DNA from: an uncultured virus (IMG/VR IMGVR_UViG_2124908030_000007)
Taxonomy: Duplodnaviria; Heunggongvirae; Uroviricota; Caudoviricetes
IMG/VR virus record: IMGVR_UViG_2124908030_000007
Reading direction: 5' to 3' (one strand)
DNA length: 41,030 nucleotides
Shown here: positions 9,717 through 18,100 of the stretch, in pieces
How the letters are laid out: each line of letters starts with the position of its first letter
Position numbering within the stretch: the stretch's first letter is position 1
Notes under the pieces: generated by a model
The model's input: only the letters and a program-made list of their open reading frames with translations
Told to the model about the DNA's origin: nothing
Database searches by the model: none
Position numbers and translations under genes: made by a program

Positions 9717-10048
9717 TGACATTCACAATCACACAAAACGATACAGCGCCGCCGATTAGATCTCGGCTCAAAGATTCAGGAGAACCAGTCAACTTAACTA
9801 ATGTGAGTAACGTCTTCTTTTACATGGAAAACGAGTACAAAGAAGTCGTTGTCTCAGACGACTTGACAGGTCGTGTTAATATTTTGGACAATACTGTTGG
9901 AGAAGTAGAATACATGTTTAAATCAAGTGAAACAGAAAATGTTGGAAGATTCAAAGCAGAGTGGGAGGTACTGTACGATGATGGTACAAGAGAGACATTC
10001 CCGTCAGATGGAAAGGTTTCTATTGAAATTACAGGTGGAATAAAATGA
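9716..10048 (+). CDS. BppU N-terminal-like domain protein
   Basis: FTITQNDTAP...L.D.GEPVNLT...G.V.Y...G.F.AEWEV.Y.DG..ETFP pattern. Confidence 0.65.
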   Translation: MTFTITQNDTAPPIRSRLKDSGEPVNLTNVSNVFFYMENEYKEVVVSDDLTGRVNILDNTVGEVEYMFKSSETENVGRFKAEWEVLYDDGTRETFPSDGKVSIEITGGIK

Positions 10049-10386
10049 GTACACAACTTCAAATTCTTCGAGGAGAACACATGAAAGAAGGCGACACAAT
10101 ACCGTCACTCCGCCTTCAATTGTTTGAACAGGACAATCAGTTCAACTTAACAGACTATACTGTTTCGTTGAAAATATCACACACAAACGAGGAAGAACCA
10201 GTCGTTGACACGAACGCTACTATCACACAACCGTCTCGCGGGATTGTGTCATACTCGTGGAATGCCGGCGAAACTGACAACAGTGGAACGTATTTGGTTG
10301 AGGTTGTTGCCACTAGCTCGGACGGATCAGTAATCACGTTCCCGAACAGTTCGTATGCCAAACTTTATATAGAAGATAGGCTCTGA
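10045..10386 (+). CDS. BppU N-terminal-like domain protein (paralog)
   Basis: MKEGDT.P.L...FNLT...GIVSYSW...T...GTY..EV...DG...TFP pattern. Confidence 0.65.
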   Translation: MSTQLQILRGEHMKEGDTIPSLRLQLFEQDNQFNLTDYTVSLKISHTNEEEPVVDTNATITQPSRGIVSYSWNAGETDNSGTYLVEVVATSSDGSVITFPNSSYAKLYIEDRL

Positions 10387-10387
10387 A

Positions 10388-10414
10388 CTTAAAAGCTCTG
10401 ACACATATATTATA
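10388..10414 (+). promoter_or_regulatory. Putative late promoter (TATA plus CTCTGACACATATA)
   Basis: Motif shared with 11595-11620. Confidence 0.5.
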
Positions 10415-10426
10415 GAAATGTAAACG

Positions 10427-10753
10427 ATGGCAGAACAACCAAACGGCGATTATTACTACGACGCAGGTACAATTAACGAACAACTTGAGGACTTTGAGGT
10501 CTACGAGCATGATGGCCGTCTCTACCTTAACAATGAGGCAGACGGTAATTCGGCAATTGCTTTTGACGGCGTTGCTCAACTCTTCGCTAATTATCGGACG
10601 AGCCAACCCGGTTCAGGCGAGGTCGGAGAAAACGAGACTCTTATGTATGTGTATGATGACGGTTCAGATCTCGTTCTTCAAGCAGCGTTCAATAACGGCT
10701 CTAGTGTAGTCTATACCTCTCTCGGAACATTTTCTGGAGAGGGTGGACTCTAG
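10427..10753 (+). CDS. Hypothetical virion protein
   Basis: Acidic 108-aa ORF in the structural cluster, with a promoter-like element upstream. Confidence 0.65.
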   Translation: MAEQPNGDYYYDAGTINEQLEDFEVYEHDGRLYLNNEADGNSAIAFDGVAQLFANYRTSQPGSGEVGENETLMYVYDDGSDLVLQAAFNNGSSVVYTSLGTFSGEGGL

Positions 10754-10820
10754 ATACTTTCTCACTCTACACTCGGGGGATTTCTTCCCTCGGGGTAGTA
10801 AAGTGGTGTAAGGTATCCAC
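10753..10820 (+). other. Long imperfect intergenic stem-loop
   Basis: Nested pairings GATACTTT/AAGGTATC, CACT/AGTG, TAC/GTA and CTCGGGGGA/TCCCTCGGG around the loop TTTCT. Confidence 0.55.
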
Positions 10821-10825
10821 TAATT

Positions 10826-11581
10826 ATGAATACTGTAAATCTTACTAAACTAAAGAACGAGCGTTCAATTGAAGAGTTACAAGAGTACGACCTTGGTGAA
10901 ATTGTAGAGACCCCTGACGGTGTGGGGATTGTTGCCGCGTTTGTCGAAGAAGACTTTCAGTACCCGGCAGGCTCGGCTGACAGGATTGAGCGTATCGAAG
11001 AAGAAGATGAAGATGTTGAAATGATGGAAGTAGAGGCATCAGAAGAGAATCCAGCATACATCATCGCTCTTCAGGATGGGGGTTCTGCTGCTGTCACTGC
11101 TGATGAAATCGATCCTGACAGTAGTTTAAAAGACGATGACGGAACCGAAATTGAAGACTTTGGAGAAGTAGGCGAAGAGGGCACGGAAGCAGAGCTTTCA
11201 CCAGTATATGAGTACTGTGATGATCCTAATTCTAGAGCAGAACTTAACGAAGCCAAGAAAGAATACATCTACGAACACAACGCTGCTGAACTTGGCGAAT
11301 ACGTGTCAAACAATGAGGCAACGTTGGCGACTCTTCAAGAGATGCCTGTCGAGGAGTTAGTGAATATAAGAGGCGTGGACGACCCTCACGTCGGATTTGA
11401 TGAGCTTCCCGATGGATGGACGAGAAAGTCTGTTCTTCAAGCTTGGGCGTCTGTTGGAGGAATGTGGCGAACATGCTACGCGCGTATGGTTCGATCTATG
11501 GGACCGAACTTTGCCAAGCGTTGGTGTTCAGCACTTAAGGACGAGGTTCTTCGTACAGAAGAATGGCGTGGGAAGTTCTAA
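10826..11581 (+). CDS. Head-associated protein (SH3-like N-terminal domain, acidic linker, basic Trp/Cys C-terminal domain)
   Basis: Lies immediately upstream of the prohead protease and shares its E-L motifs. Confidence 0.65.
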   Translation: MNTVNLTKLKNERSIEELQEYDLGEIVETPDGVGIVAAFVEEDFQYPAGSADRIERIEEEDEDVEMMEVEASEENPAYIIALQDGGSAAVTADEIDPDSSLKDDDGTEIEDFGEVGEEGTEAELSPVYEYCDDPNSRAELNEAKKEYIYEHNAAELGEYVSNNEATLATLQEMPVEELVNIRGVDDPHVGFDELPDGWTRKSVLQAWASVGGMWRTCYARMVRSMGPNFAKRWCSALKDEVLRTEEWRGKF

Positions 11582-11594
11582 ATTTGAAGTACCC

Positions 11595-11620
11595 TTTAAG
11601 TCTCTGACACATATACTATA
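11595..11620 (+). promoter_or_regulatory. Putative late promoter (TATA plus CTCTGACACATATA)
   Basis: TTTAAGTCTCTGACACATATACTATA upstream of the protease gene. Confidence 0.5.
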
Positions 11621-11634
11621 TAAACGAAGAATCA

Positions 11635-13214
11635 ATGAGTGTTAATATTCAAGCCGTCGAGTTTGAGCGGAGACTCGTTCATCTCTCTGCTCTCGAAGAT
11701 GGTCCACCGTATACGGTTCATGGTGTGGCCCTCGGCGCAGGAGACGTAACTGTTGGTCAAAGCGGTATAAAGAAAGTCTGGCCAGCAGAAGCACTCAAAG
11801 AAAGCGCGGAATCACTTGAAGGACGTAGCCTCGTTGTCGATCACAATAATGATTCTGATGGCGTTGTCGGAACTGTCACGAAGGCAGGATATAAAGACGA
11901 CGTTGGAGTAATTTACGAAGCAGAATTGTTTAACGACGAACTTGCTCAAAAGATTGACAACGGTCTTCTTGAAGTTTCTATTCGTGGCAAACACGGAGAT
12001 GTGGAACAGATGGAAGAAAACGACGAGGGAGCAAAAGTTGTAGAAGACTTGACGTTTGACAATCTTTCGATTGTTCCAACTGGCGCTGCTCCGTCGAATA
12101 CTATTGAAATGGGTCAAACAGACGAACTCTCGGCAGCACAACTTTCTGCTTTTGCTGAAGAACTCGCCGAGATCGAGCCGGGTATGTGGGTTCAGTCTGA
12201 TGACATTCACGGAATTACTATCTCACAAGTCGAAGACGGTGAGGTAGACGTTGACATCTACGAAGAGCAGGACGGTCAGTGGCGTTCGACTGAAGAAGTC
12301 GAAACTATGTCTACTGATGATCTCTCTGAGTGGGACGTTGACGAAGAGGATGTTGGTCCTGTTGAGAAAGACGAAGAGGAAGAGGCAGCACAGGTAAGCA
12401 CTATTCCTCACAATCTTCGCTTTGAAAGCAAGTCGGACGCCATGGAACTTGTCGAAGAAGAAGACGGGTTGACAGGCGTTCACGAGATGGAAGGAGAGTA
12501 CATCCCCGGAGACGATCACGACGAGTATCTTGAATGGATTCGTTCTCATGAAATGTACACCAACCTTGCTGAAGACTCGTCATACAGTCGAGGAGATTGG
12601 GTTCGATGGGACACTCGTAACTCAACCGAGATTGGTAAGGTCGTTGGTTCGTACACAGAAGGAGACGATATTCCTGACATTCGTGGCGACCGTGGAATGA
12701 GTCCAGAAGGGGACGAAATTCTGTACACGCTTCGAATGTATAAAGAGAGAGACGGAACATATCATCCAATTGAGGGCAAGCCTATTGCTCATTACGAGGA
12801 GTCTGTTCGGTCTGCCGAGAAGCCGTCAGACGTTTCTGACAGTACCGTCGAGCTTGGTCGTTCGAACGTTGATCAGTATGACGTTGAGAAAGACGATTGG
12901 GTCCAATGGTATCCGTCTGACACGACTGAAGAACACGGTTTCGTTTTAGGCGTGGACGGCGATACTGTGACCATTGAAGTGTGGACACAAAACTCTGATG
13001 GTGAGTGGGAGACGGACGGTGAGGAAATCACCAAAGACATGGAAGAGGTTGAGCCATGGGGCAACTTCCCACGAGAGCAAGAAGAGTTTGCTGATGCCAT
13101 TGACGGTGAAGACCCACGCCGAGCAGTGAAGCCCTCTGAGGAGGAGAACGCTGACTCGGAAGAGTTAATCAGTAATCAGGTCGAAAGTGCCCTGAAGGAT
13201 AAGGTCGAAGAGCA
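11635..13214 (+). CDS. Prohead serine protease polyprotein, N-terminal part (3' lost in gap)
   Basis: LVVDH, EVSIRG and LSIVPTGA motifs of HK97-type/DUF2213-like proteases; located upstream of the major capsid gene. Confidence 0.8.
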
Positions 13215-13235
13215 NNNNNNNNNNNNNNNNNNNNC

Positions 13236-15281
13236 GTTCTGACAGCAGAACTGGCCTCGGACATGGACGAGTTGGACGAGGTGTACTCTGAATGGGACGA
13301 CACGGTGAACATGACAGCAAGCGAGCTAGAACGCTGGTCCGGAAACCCATGTTCTCGTGAGGCAAGTGTTGATCCCGAGGCTGTCATTGAACGTAATCTC
13401 GAACTTCTTCAGACAAACAAGTCTGACTGGACTGAGGGACATATCGATGATGCCAAACGGACGATCTCGTTCGTGAATAGAATGCGTGGCGCTCGTGGCG
13501 AGGGCGACCAGAAATCGTCAGGGACACACGATTGTCCGACAGACTGGGCAATCAGTCTTTTGAATTGGGCATACAATCCGTTCGACGATGTTCCAGATAT
13601 TCCTGACAACGATAATCTAGACGATGTATCAAAGGTAGAACTTATGTCAATGATTAGAGAAGGAATGCGCTTCTTCAGCGTCACGAATGACACGATGATT
13701 CATGTCACTGAAACAGATGGTGACATGGTTCGTGTCAAGAGTGGCCCCGAGTCGAAGTGGATGGAGAAAGCGCAAGACGTAATCGAGAAAGTTGGCGAGG
13801 GTACATGGAAATACGCTGGTATGAAAGACATGCCGAAAGAAGAGGAGATGGCCGAATCTCCAATTCCGATGCCTGAAGATGCTCAATTGCTCTATCCAAA
13901 CGAGGAGAAAGCAATGGAAGCAGCAGAAGAAATGGACATGTCTGGTACGCATCCTCACGAACTTGATGGTGAGACGTGGTACATGCCAGCAAGTACTCAC
14001 GAAAAGTTCGTGGAGAAAATGAAAGACCTTGGCGAGATGGAGGATCTCGCCGAGGCAGAAATGGTACTCGCATCATACGGGATGGAAGACGATGAGGAAG
14101 AAATGGCAGACGCCCCTGAATACTCTGAGGGAGATATGGTTCAGTGGGAAGTTATGCCTGACCTCTTCGGACAGGTCGTTCATAATCCAATGGACGAGCC
14201 GGTTATTATGGTTGAAGTGATGGAGAAAGAAGATGGCGACATGATGAGTACTCATCACACGATTAGCGCCTACCCGTCTGATATTGAACACATGGAGTCG
14301 ATGGATGAACTTGCTGGTATCGAGATTCATTCCGTGGACTTCTCAGGAACAACAGAAGGTGATTGGTCGAAGCCCGATATGGAAGACTTCGACACGGATG
14401 ATCTTTCTGAAATCGACGACCACTTCCTTGTAAGTAAGACTGGCTTCCCGCCGGAAAACTATGGCGATTTGGCTCTCCCGGTCGTAGGGCCAGAAGGGGA
14501 CTTGTATCTTAACGCGCTTCAGAACGCGAAGGCTCGTGGCAGTCAGGTCGAGGGACTTTCAGGTGAAGACCTTGATAATGTCATGACCATGATTAACAGT
14601 CTTGCTAACGACAACTTTGACGCAGACTTTGAAGAGATGGGCGACCTGCCCACGGTTAATGTCCTAACCGGCGATGACTTTCGGCACAAGAGCGGTAAGT
14701 CCGAGGAGAGCGAGTTGGACGACATAACAACTATTAATACAATGACACAAGATATTGAAGAAAAGCTCGCAGAACTTAGTGAGCCTGTGGCAGTTGAACA
14801 GGACGACCTTGAGGAACTTCAGGAGAAGGCAGACCGTTTCGAGGAGATGTCTGAGAGTCTGAGCGCACTTAAGGATCGAACAGAAGTTCTCGACGAAGTA
14901 GACCGGAGTATGGTCGAAGAACTGGCAGAGGCAGACGAGCCGGTTGTTGTCGAGTCCACTCGTATGGAGCAACTCGAAAGTGAGGCAGAGCAGGTTGCTG
15001 AGACCTACGCTACTGAACTCGCAGAAGAGAGCTTCCTCTCGGCTGATGAACTTACCGACAAGTTCAGCATCGAGGAGCTTCGAGAGAAGTTCGAGGAACA
15101 GATTGGCGACCCTGCCGAGGAGCTTGGCGGGAGCGAGAATGCTGATCCGAAGTCGGCAGACATTGAGGAAGAGGAACTTGAGCAGCGGGCTGGCGAGTCC
15201 AACGAGGAACTCGCTCCGTCCGAGACTGAAGAAGCAGAACAGAAGCGCGAAGAGCTTCGCAACAAAATTATTGGTAACTAA
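13236..15281 (+). CDS. Protease/scaffold polyprotein, C-terminal part (DUF3140-like, SH3-like domains, acidic coiled-coil scaffold)
   Basis: The frame is open from the contig start (VLTAELASDM). Contains VNMTASELERW...WAISLLNWAYNP and an E-rich helical C-terminus ending ELRNKI. Confidence 0.75.
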   Translation, partial: VLTAELASDMDELDEVYSEWDDTVNMTASELERWSGNPCSREASVDPEAVIERNLELLQTNKSDWTEGHIDDAKRTISFVNRMRGARGEGDQKSSGTHDCPTDWAISLLNWAYNPFDDVPDIPDNDNLDDVSKVELMSMIREGMRFFSVTNDTMIHVTETDGDMVRVKSGPESKWMEKAQDVIEKVGEGTWKYAGMKDMPKEEEMAESPIPMPEDAQLLYPNEEKAMEAAEEMDMSGTHPHELDGETWYMPASTHEKFVEKMKDLGEMEDLAEAEMVLASYGMEDDEEEMADAPEYSEGDMVQWEVMPDLFGQVVHNPMDEPVIMVEVMEKEDGDMMSTHHTISAYPSDIEHMESMDELAGIEIHSVDFSGTTEGDWSKPDMEDFDTDDLSEIDDHFLVSKTGFPPENYGDLALPVVGPEGDLYLNALQNAKARGSQVEGLSGEDLDNVMTMINSLANDNFDADFEEMGDLPTVNVLTGDDFRHKSGKSEESELDDITTINTMTQDIEEKLAELSEPVAVEQDDLEELQEKADRFEEMSESLSALKDRTEVLDEVDRSMVEELAEADEPVVVESTRMEQLESEAEQVAETYATELAEESFLSADELTDKFSIEELREKFEEQIGDPAEELGGSENADPKSADIEEEELEQRAGESNEELAPSETEEAEQKREELRNKIIGN

Positions 15282-15285
15282 ATAA

Positions 15286-15672
15286 ATGGTATACGAAGAC
15301 CTAGATGCGGGTGACGACTCACGTCGTAACGGCGATCACATCGCTTACGATCACCCCGACGCGGAAGGAGATGCACGGAGCGGTGTAACTATCAACCGAG
15401 GCCGTCTCGTCACTCTCGGTAGTGGTGGCGTCCTTGCTGAAGCAAAAGCGACGGGAGACGACGTTCTTGGCGTTCTTCAGGATTACGGTGTCTACGGTGA
15501 CACGGGTAAGGAGAAGGTCAAGGGTCAGGCTACTGTGAAGACTGACGGAGCAGTTCTCGCAAACCTTAGCAAGTTTAGCCCAACTGTTGGTTCCTACTTG
15601 GACGACAATGCTAACGTGTTTGTTAGTCAACAGGTTGGTGACACTGATGTTTACGAGGTTATCCTGCGGTAA
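15286..15672 (+). CDS. Head decoration/cementing protein
   Basis: 128-aa Gly/Val-rich protein between scaffold and major capsid genes. Confidence 0.6.
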   Translation: MVYEDLDAGDDSRRNGDHIAYDHPDAEGDARSGVTINRGRLVTLGSGGVLAEAKATGDDVLGVLQDYGVYGDTGKEKVKGQATVKTDGAVLANLSKFSPTVGSYLDDNANVFVSQQVGDTDVYEVILR

Positions 15673-15691
15673 AATAACGAGGTATTTATAA

Positions 15692-16519
15692 ATGGCACTC
15701 ACAACACGCGACGTTATCACTCAAGATTTCGTTCGTGAAACGGTAGAAGAAGTAGTTGAAGAGAATCTCGTCTGGCGGCGTGCCTTTCGAGAGATTGACG
15801 CATCTGGTATCGAGTCTAACTCGTACACGTTCCACATTGACAACGACGAGATGGCTCGTCCCGAGATTGTCAATGAGGGCGAGGAGTCTCCGCGTCACCA
15901 AAGTACGGTGAGCGAGAAGACTGTTACGTTCGAGAAGTACATGGGCGAGGTTAGCCTCACCATGGAAGCAATGGAAGACGGTCTCATCGAGATGAAGGCT
16001 CGGGAGATCGAAGACCTTGCTCGTTCGATGGCAGAGCGCCTGAATGAAGAGGCATACAACCAGTTGTCGAGCGCACTTCAGACTGTGGACAACGATGGCG
16101 AAGATATCGGTGACGGTAACGGTACGCTCTCGTTCTCTGACATCACTCAGGGTATGAAGGCACTCGCAGAAGACAGTTACGACCCCGACATGCTCTTCGT
16201 TGACGTTGACGGGTACGTTGACCTTCTCACTGATCCGAACTTCAACCGAGCCACGGAGTCTGGTGACGAGGTTGTTCAGACTGGTGAGGTCGGTGAGGTT
16301 GCTGACATGGCTGTCGTTCTCGATTCCACTCAGGACATTGCTGGTGGGAGCGGGGCAATTGCGGTTGACTCAAGCCGGTACGGGTACGAGCTTACCCGAA
16401 CGGGCATGTCCACTCGTGAATACGAGGAGCCTGAGCGTCAGGCCGATGTGGTTCAAGCGTTCACCCGAAAGGCGTGGACGACTATCTTCGAGGACGCTGC
16501 TGCTCGGATTAACGGTTAA
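15692..16519 (+). CDS. Major capsid protein (HK97 fold)
   Basis: E-loop pattern (IVNEGEESP...KYMGEVSLTMEAMED), long backbone helix, GEVGEVADMAVV; GAGGT ribosome-binding site; position in the head module. Confidence 0.85.
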   Translation: MALTTRDVITQDFVRETVEEVVEENLVWRRAFREIDASGIESNSYTFHIDNDEMARPEIVNEGEESPRHQSTVSEKTVTFEKYMGEVSLTMEAMEDGLIEMKAREIEDLARSMAERLNEEAYNQLSSALQTVDNDGEDIGDGNGTLSFSDITQGMKALAEDSYDPDMLFVDVDGYVDLLTDPNFNRATESGDEVVQTGEVGEVADMAVVLDSTQDIAGGSGAIAVDSSRYGYELTRTGMSTREYEEPERQADVVQAFTRKAWTTIFEDAAARING

Positions 16520-16536
16520 ACTGTTAGTACTGTTCA

Positions 16537-16941
16537 ATGGCATACTCACCACAATACGTAAGTCTTCAGGAAGTTCCTGTTAGACAGATTCCTGACGATT
16601 ACGACTCTGAGGAGAAAGAGGATGCGCTCGAAGTCGCTGAAACCTCAGCAGAGTTGGATTTGTATGATGGTGAGAAAATCCCGCCAGAAGACGTTACACG
16701 TCACGTCAAAGCAGCAATTAAACAAAAGGCAACGTGTGAACTTGTAAAAGGAGCAGAGGATCCAAACTCTTCGAAACTCGGAGATTTGGCTGATGATGGC
16801 TCGAACAAGTCGGATTATGCCATGACTTTCTGTGAACGATATATGGAGATGGTTGATACGATTAATGAGTCTGGTCTTCTCGACGAAGACACTCAACAAT
16901 CAACTAGTCCATACGTTTACACGACTCACAATAATGCCTGA
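16537..16941 (+). CDS. Head-tail adaptor
   Basis: Follows the major capsid gene; Y.S...V, ALEVAE, VKAAI...ATCEL helical pattern. Confidence 0.6.
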   Translation: MAYSPQYVSLQEVPVRQIPDDYDSEEKEDALEVAETSAELDLYDGEKIPPEDVTRHVKAAIKQKATCELVKGAEDPNSSKLGDLADDGSNKSDYAMTFCERYMEMVDTINESGLLDEDTQQSTSPYVYTTHNNA

Positions 16942-17452
16942 GTTTAACGTTTATAAACTTCGAGACGGTCTCTTCAGCTTTAATAGAAAGCTTAAGTCAG
17001 TTGACGCAGAAAAAGTAAAGAGAGAGACTCTCAAGAAGTCAGCCGCTAAATTAGCTGAAATGGTTCGACAAGCGATTATTTCTGAACCAGAGATTAATTC
17101 TCCGGCAAGTCTAAATAGTCCATATTCTGGTGGACCCGGACCAAATGTAACAAAAAAGAAAGCATGGGAAATCGACGAATTTGGAGATCAATACGTTGTA
17201 AAACCTAACCAGAAGGTTAGACAACGAGCAATTGTTCTAAATTACGGTTATCCGGGTAAAATATATCCTAAAAACAGTGAAGTGTTAAGTTTTACTGTTG
17301 ACGGAGTACCACAAGCTGCTAAGTGGGTCGAAGGTCCAGACTATACTGGATACTGGCAAGCTGCTATGCGTCGGTTTCATTCTGAGGATAAACTTGAAGA
17401 AATTGGCGAAGAAGAGCTTCGAGAAGAGTTTGAACGAGTGAGGTACGGGTAA
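16934..17452 (+). CDS. Neck/tail completion protein (HK97 gp10-like)
   Basis: Likely start MPEFNV at 16934; AIVLNYG..G.I.PK....L.F pattern. Confidence 0.55.
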   Translation: MPEFNVYKLRDGLFSFNRKLKSVDAEKVKRETLKKSAAKLAEMVRQAIISEPEINSPASLNSPYSGGPGPNVTKKKAWEIDEFGDQYVVKPNQKVRQRAIVLNYGYPGKIYPKNSEVLSFTVDGVPQAAKWVEGPDYTGYWQAAMRRFHSEDKLEEIGEEELREEFERVRYG

Positions 17453-18033
17453 TGGTTACACCAAAAGAGTCAATGGAAGCAATTACTCGTGCTGTCGCTA
17501 ATGAAGGGATTCTTCCAAGCGAGTTGAGCGTTATACTCGAAGAAGCAGACCCGGATAGCTCTCACTCTAATGTTGAACTTCCATTACTTGAGGTACGTCC
17601 AATAACAGTCGATGTTGTTGATATTCAAAATTCTGACTTTTCTGGATTTGTGACTGACTCTGAAGGAAACCATGTAGGGAAAGTCTATTTATCTGAATAT
17701 GAAATGGGAGTCCAAATGAATCTCTGGACGGCTGTTGACGACTCATATGACCCCGACAAACTCGGGCGACAATTGAGACAGTCTTTGTATCCGTACTCTT
17801 CATACGGTCCAGATGAAGACTTTCTTGACAGTGACGGTGAAGCAATAACGGAAATATCACACTTCAAACTTGAAGAAGGAGAGCGAGACGATGGACTCCT
17901 CGAATCACCTACTGTTCGGAGATGGTCGCAAGAAGCAGAATTGTGGGCATGTGAACGGTTCAGTACTAACGAGGATTACATCGCTGACGTTGTATATCCT
18001 GATGATGATGACGTTATCACAGAAAATGTATGA
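17452..18033 (+). CDS. Tail terminator/completion protein
   Basis: Position between neck and sheath genes; acidic beta-rich sequence. Confidence 0.5.
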   Translation: MVTPKESMEAITRAVANEGILPSELSVILEEADPDSSHSNVELPLLEVRPITVDVVDIQNSDFSGFVTDSEGNHVGKVYLSEYEMGVQMNLWTAVDDSYDPDKLGRQLRQSLYPYSSYGPDEDFLDSDGEAITEISHFKLEEGERDDGLLESPTVRRWSQEAELWACERFSTNEDYIADVVYPDDDDVITENV

Positions 18034-18100
18034 CATGTTCGGTTGGTGGGAACGTGTTGAACAGTACGGTTCGACCACTCATGATAAAAGGTAATAATAT

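Noticed and set aside
10751..10826. Stop-codon readthrough from 10427-10753 into the in-frame 10826 ORF, stimulated by the hairpin
   Set aside because: Further in-frame TAG and TAA stops at about 10796-10801 block it.
18060..18080. GGTTCGA T-loop-like sequence
   Set aside because: No acceptor stem or cloverleaf can be built.
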